This document shows positions 60,201-64,000 of a DNA stretch of 64,000 nucleotides, piece by piece. The position numbers and the translations under genes are program-made. The notes beneath the pieces were generated by a model. It was not told the origin of the DNA and searched no databases. It saw only the letters and a program-made list of their open reading frames with translations. Origin of the DNA: Cyanophora paradoxa CCMP329 (Eukaryota > Plantae > Glaucophyta); the NCBI GenBank assembly GCA_004431415.1, contig QPMI01000036.1:434001-498000 (forward strand), written 5' to 3'. Position 1 is the first letter of the stretch; the number at the start of each line of letters is the position of its first letter.

Positions 60201-63200
60201 AAACGGCTGACATCCCCCTTGATAAGAAAAATAAGCGCTTGTGTCCTTCTGTGCACACATGTCAACTCATCCTGTAGTCAGGTGAGGTGAGCATAACAGA
60301 TGGCAAGATAACTATCTGACCCAGAGAGCGGTCTTACCAGTTTCGGTTTGTCTCGTTGTGCCGACGCGACATCATCCCGAAGCACATGCAATTTCACTTT
60401 AGCAGCCTGAAGGAGTCCAGAGTGATCCAGTGAGCGAGCCCCCTTCAGGGCATCCAGCGTTCGAAATCCGTACTGGATCACATACTCCGCCTCCTTCCCT
60501 GCACCCCGCAAAAGTGACAGGTTGGCAAAGTCGTGAATGCTATCCAGTAGTCCCTGTGATGACGTCACAAACTTTTCGAGGTTACAACTGGTAGAAAGAT
60601 GAACGCACATTCAGCATGAACCACCATGATCTCGACCTGCCACATGCCAGCCCAGGCTGAGCAGAAGAGGCACCAATCGCTGACATCCACAGCCTAATTG
60701 ATGCTGAGAGAGCTTCGAACGATGACTCTGCCCTCATCTGCGGGAGAGTTGGAAAGAAGTCAATTGGAACGTAACCAGTGTCATCACCTGGATTCTGAAC
60801 GCCCTTGCCCGAACAAGGTTGATAAACGCCATGACACATGCATCTTGCCTAGATAGCTTTTCCTCTTTCGGGCTGCAGGCTTGGGTGGCATTGCTCAAAA
60901 TCGAAATGCTGAGGGAGCTTGGTTAAGGTGACTGAAAAAAAATTATAGATAGAAATGCCAAACCAGTCAGAAGGCTGGCCTAAATGAAGCATGCCAAGGG
61001 ATGCAGCAATCAAAGAATACGGTTTCTCTTTGATGACCTTGGCTGAAGAACACTTCTCCTGTGAGCTTGCAGCTGTGAAGTGTTCTTCTAGGTCGTGTGA
61101 TCGCCCAGAAAGCAAACTGCATCGCAAAGTCTCACACTCCACGGCCTCAACATCTGAATCTTGAATGTCAGATTGGCCCACTGGCAAATGCCCGCTTTTT
61201 GAGCCCCCTTACCAATTGCCAGTTCGGGTGAATGCTTCCTGATGTCCTGTACGATTTGGAGTGCATCAAGAGCACATTCGAATCGGAAGTTCCAGCTTGC
61301 GAAATCCGAAGCGGTCCCTGCACCCATGCTGTCGGTGAAAGTGGGAGAGATTGAAAGAAACAGAGGGCCCACATAGCAACTCTGCAGACCGCTGTGGGCA
61401 GAGAACTTTCAGAGAATCGATCCCTAGACAAGCATGTCAATTGAGTCAGTCGATTGCAGGAGCCTCAAACAGTGCCCGCACCTTGCAATAGTGAGATGGC
61501 CCCCTGAATGCAATCGAGTGCAGACTGGACGGGTAAGCGGCTTGATATTGCAGCACACAATCCTTGAAGCACTTGCGAGCTGGAAATGATATCTCGCCAT
61601 TCATCAGATAGCCGTTTCTGCAAATCTGGTCACCGAAATTTGCAAGCAATGCAGTTCTGAAATGCTCACCTGTGAAGGACGCAGCGCCAGGACCTTGTCA
61701 CAGAGCGTGCAGGCTGCTTCGGGAGAGGATGAACTGAGCACGATAGCTTTCTCCAAAAGAAAGCTGAAACAAGAAAACTAAGCAAAATTCAATGCCAAAA
61801 GAATTCGAGATAAGGGACCTTGCGTGAAGGAGAGGATGTTTTTCCTCTGGGAACTTCTTCAGTGCCTCATCCAACACAGATAGAGCAATGCTGTCAGCCG
61901 AATCTGCCCTCCTATGTGCCTGAGATTCCTGCAAACGAATGCTCTCAGTCGAATATACAGGGCTCATGCACTCAAAGCATACCATGTGAAACATCTTGGC
62001 AAGCGAAGGTTCGGATAGCGAATTGCAGGCAGCAGCGATGGTTGCAGAGAGGGAGCCAGTGTTACTGGCAAGTTGGGAAAGTCGGACATACTGGTCAAGG
62101 AGAGAGCTTGACACAGTTGAGTCGGGTGTTGCAGGTGATGCTTCAAGCACAGCAGCTTTCTTGAGGGCATCTAGTGCTTCCCCAAACCTAGACATCTTTG
62201 TCAGGCAAGTTGCAAGTAGACTGAATCTTCTCGTAAGTTGCAAGTCTGGCAACTCCGCTGTGCTTGAAAGCGTCATGAACAGACGGCAGGCATTTTGCAG
62301 AAAATCTGCAGCGCTCTCAAACATTCGCTGATTGAAAAGAGTTGCCCCAGTATTATAGTATCTGGAAAAACTGATAAGATTCGTTTAAGAAAAATTAAAG
62401 TCAAAGCACTCACGACACTGCAATATTTCGCAAAACTCCTGAGTCCTTGCTGCAGAAACGATTCCACAGGTCTTCAACCTGGTCCAGTTGGGATACGATA
62501 TGTCCACATTTCGGTCCCGATTTGTTGGACTCTGCCGAAATCTGGGTTGCTGCTGAGATGGAAGATAGTATAACTTCAATCCTTCTTTTCCCCAAGATGT
62601 CTACTGCTTCTTGGGAGTTCTTGTACTCAGGACATTTCTCCTGCAGAGAAAATATTAAATGGAAGCTTGAGAGGCCAGCAATTCATCGCACCTCAGCAAA
62701 CTTGCACGCATCAAGAAAAAGGCTACAGATGATGTCATGGTCACGAAGATTAGGCTTGCTCCGCACTTCCCTGACCACTTGAAAAAGTCCAGACAGGACA
62801 ATTTGCACAGCTTTCGAGCCTAAAACAGTCGCCAAGACGGAGCCCACACATAGTTTTAGTCTGGCCACAGTGGCTCTCGAGCTCTGGCTGTCAGAAACAC
62901 CTGCAGTGAAACTTGTCAGTGTGATGACACACAGGACAGGACATTTGCCCACCTTCATATCGCAACTGCATGCAAGTGATAACTAACATGAGCACTGATG
63001 ACGTCTGATGAGGCCCGTTCGAAACCGACAGAGATCTCAGGAAGCCGCACGATATTGTCGAAAACCCTGCCTACAAACAGGTTCACACAGGTTTGTAACG
63101 CTCGGTAGATATTATGAGAGAAGAGATTACCTTGTCAAGGGCCATACACGTCTGCTCTAACCAACAGCTCAATTTCATGACGACATCTTGCTCTTGTTCC

Positions 63201-64000
63201 CCGCCCTTTAGGAAAGATGTGCATGCTGATGCAATCTGCTGCAGGGTTTCATTGGTCGACCCCTCGTCGTATTCTGTGTGATGTCAGTGGATTTCGAAAG
63301 CAGGCGTTAAATTTGGGCACCGTGAGTCGATGACAACTTTGAAAGTGCGAGAAGGGAGCTGAAACACGATGCAGTCAAGTCGTGGAAGGGCTCATGTCTC
63401 TTCTTCCACAATTCCATCGCACAGATGTTGAGACCGAGGCAGGCACTTGCAATCTGTGCAGCATCCGCAGCCTTCATTGTTTTGGAAAAGCCTGAAGACG
63501 CGAATGCAAAATCATAATTGTGTCTGAGAGCAACAAAATAAAAAATCTTACCCTCCAGTTTAATAGACGCTTTGGTGAAAACTTTAGCTATAGCAGCTGC
63601 AGTTTTTGCTCCGCGCTCCAAGTCGACGTCCATAAGATGCGAAACCCAGCGAACGATACTTGTTGCTTTTTGAGCAATGCGGAGCATAAGTTGACCACAC
63701 TCCACTTCAACAACACACAGGGCGGCATTGTAAAAAGCTCCAGTCACGAGGTTGGCGAGCTCGGCGGGAGCTGAAATGGTGGATGCGCTTTGGTGTTGGG
63801 CGATGAAAGGAACCAGCATAGTCTCGACCTCCGCGAACGCCTCCGATGCCTGTGCAGCGCTCAGCTTTTCGATCCGTTCAAAACCATATCACAGACACGC
63901 ACCCAGCGCAGGTCTGCGCATTTGACGATGAGGTTGAAGCGTAGCTTTTGCGCCACGAATCCCGTAGCCGCGCAGTCTAGCGACTCCACCGAGGCAATGC
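57291..64000 (-). CDS. ESP1: Separase (peptidase C50), 5' end outside the window
   Basis: WWSARDSLE, IPWENLP, VCRLPSL, FFVVNPSGDL, catalytic YLYCGHG and LLMGCSS, GALWDVTDRDLDRY and AAPVCYGFP. Confidence 0.95.

Noticed and set aside
63005-63030. CTGATGA...GAAAC resembling a hammerhead ribozyme core
   Set aside because: No pairing for stems I and III and no positioned UH; it lies antisense to separase coding sequence and is probably chance.

Overview
Eukaryotic nuclear DNA: gene-dense, very intron-rich (introns mostly about 45-80 nt), with many GC-AG introns. It looks like a GC-rich flagellated alga or protist; a glaucophyte such as Cyanophora is plausible, but that is inference only. The left ~44 kb is extremely GC-rich and carries a 3'-truncated mitochondrial SHMT fused to a 5'-truncated FAM92/CIBAR gene, a Trx-Grx (PICOT-type) glutaredoxin, a CCHC zinc-knuckle protein, COPA, an F-box protein, an mTERF, a hypothetical gene, a WHEP-bearing TrpRS, CLASP and YEATS2. 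Between CLASP and YEATS2 is a rearranged accessory block (~27-41 kb): the convergent 3' ends of both genes are duplicated around a ~1.15-kb foreign junction, and a ~5.8-kb insert carries an intact, 4-intron gene for a giant-virus-like GIY-YIG endonuclease with CCHC knuckles and three 96-aa N-terminal repeats. The right ~17 kb is markedly lower in GC and holds COX7A-like, BDP1, MCM4, Borealin, ARP5 and separase, with a perfect palindromic E2F site between MCM4 and Borealin. Gene models were spliced by eye, so coordinates are start-to-stop spans including introns. Several single-base indels in G/C runs are probably sequencing errors.
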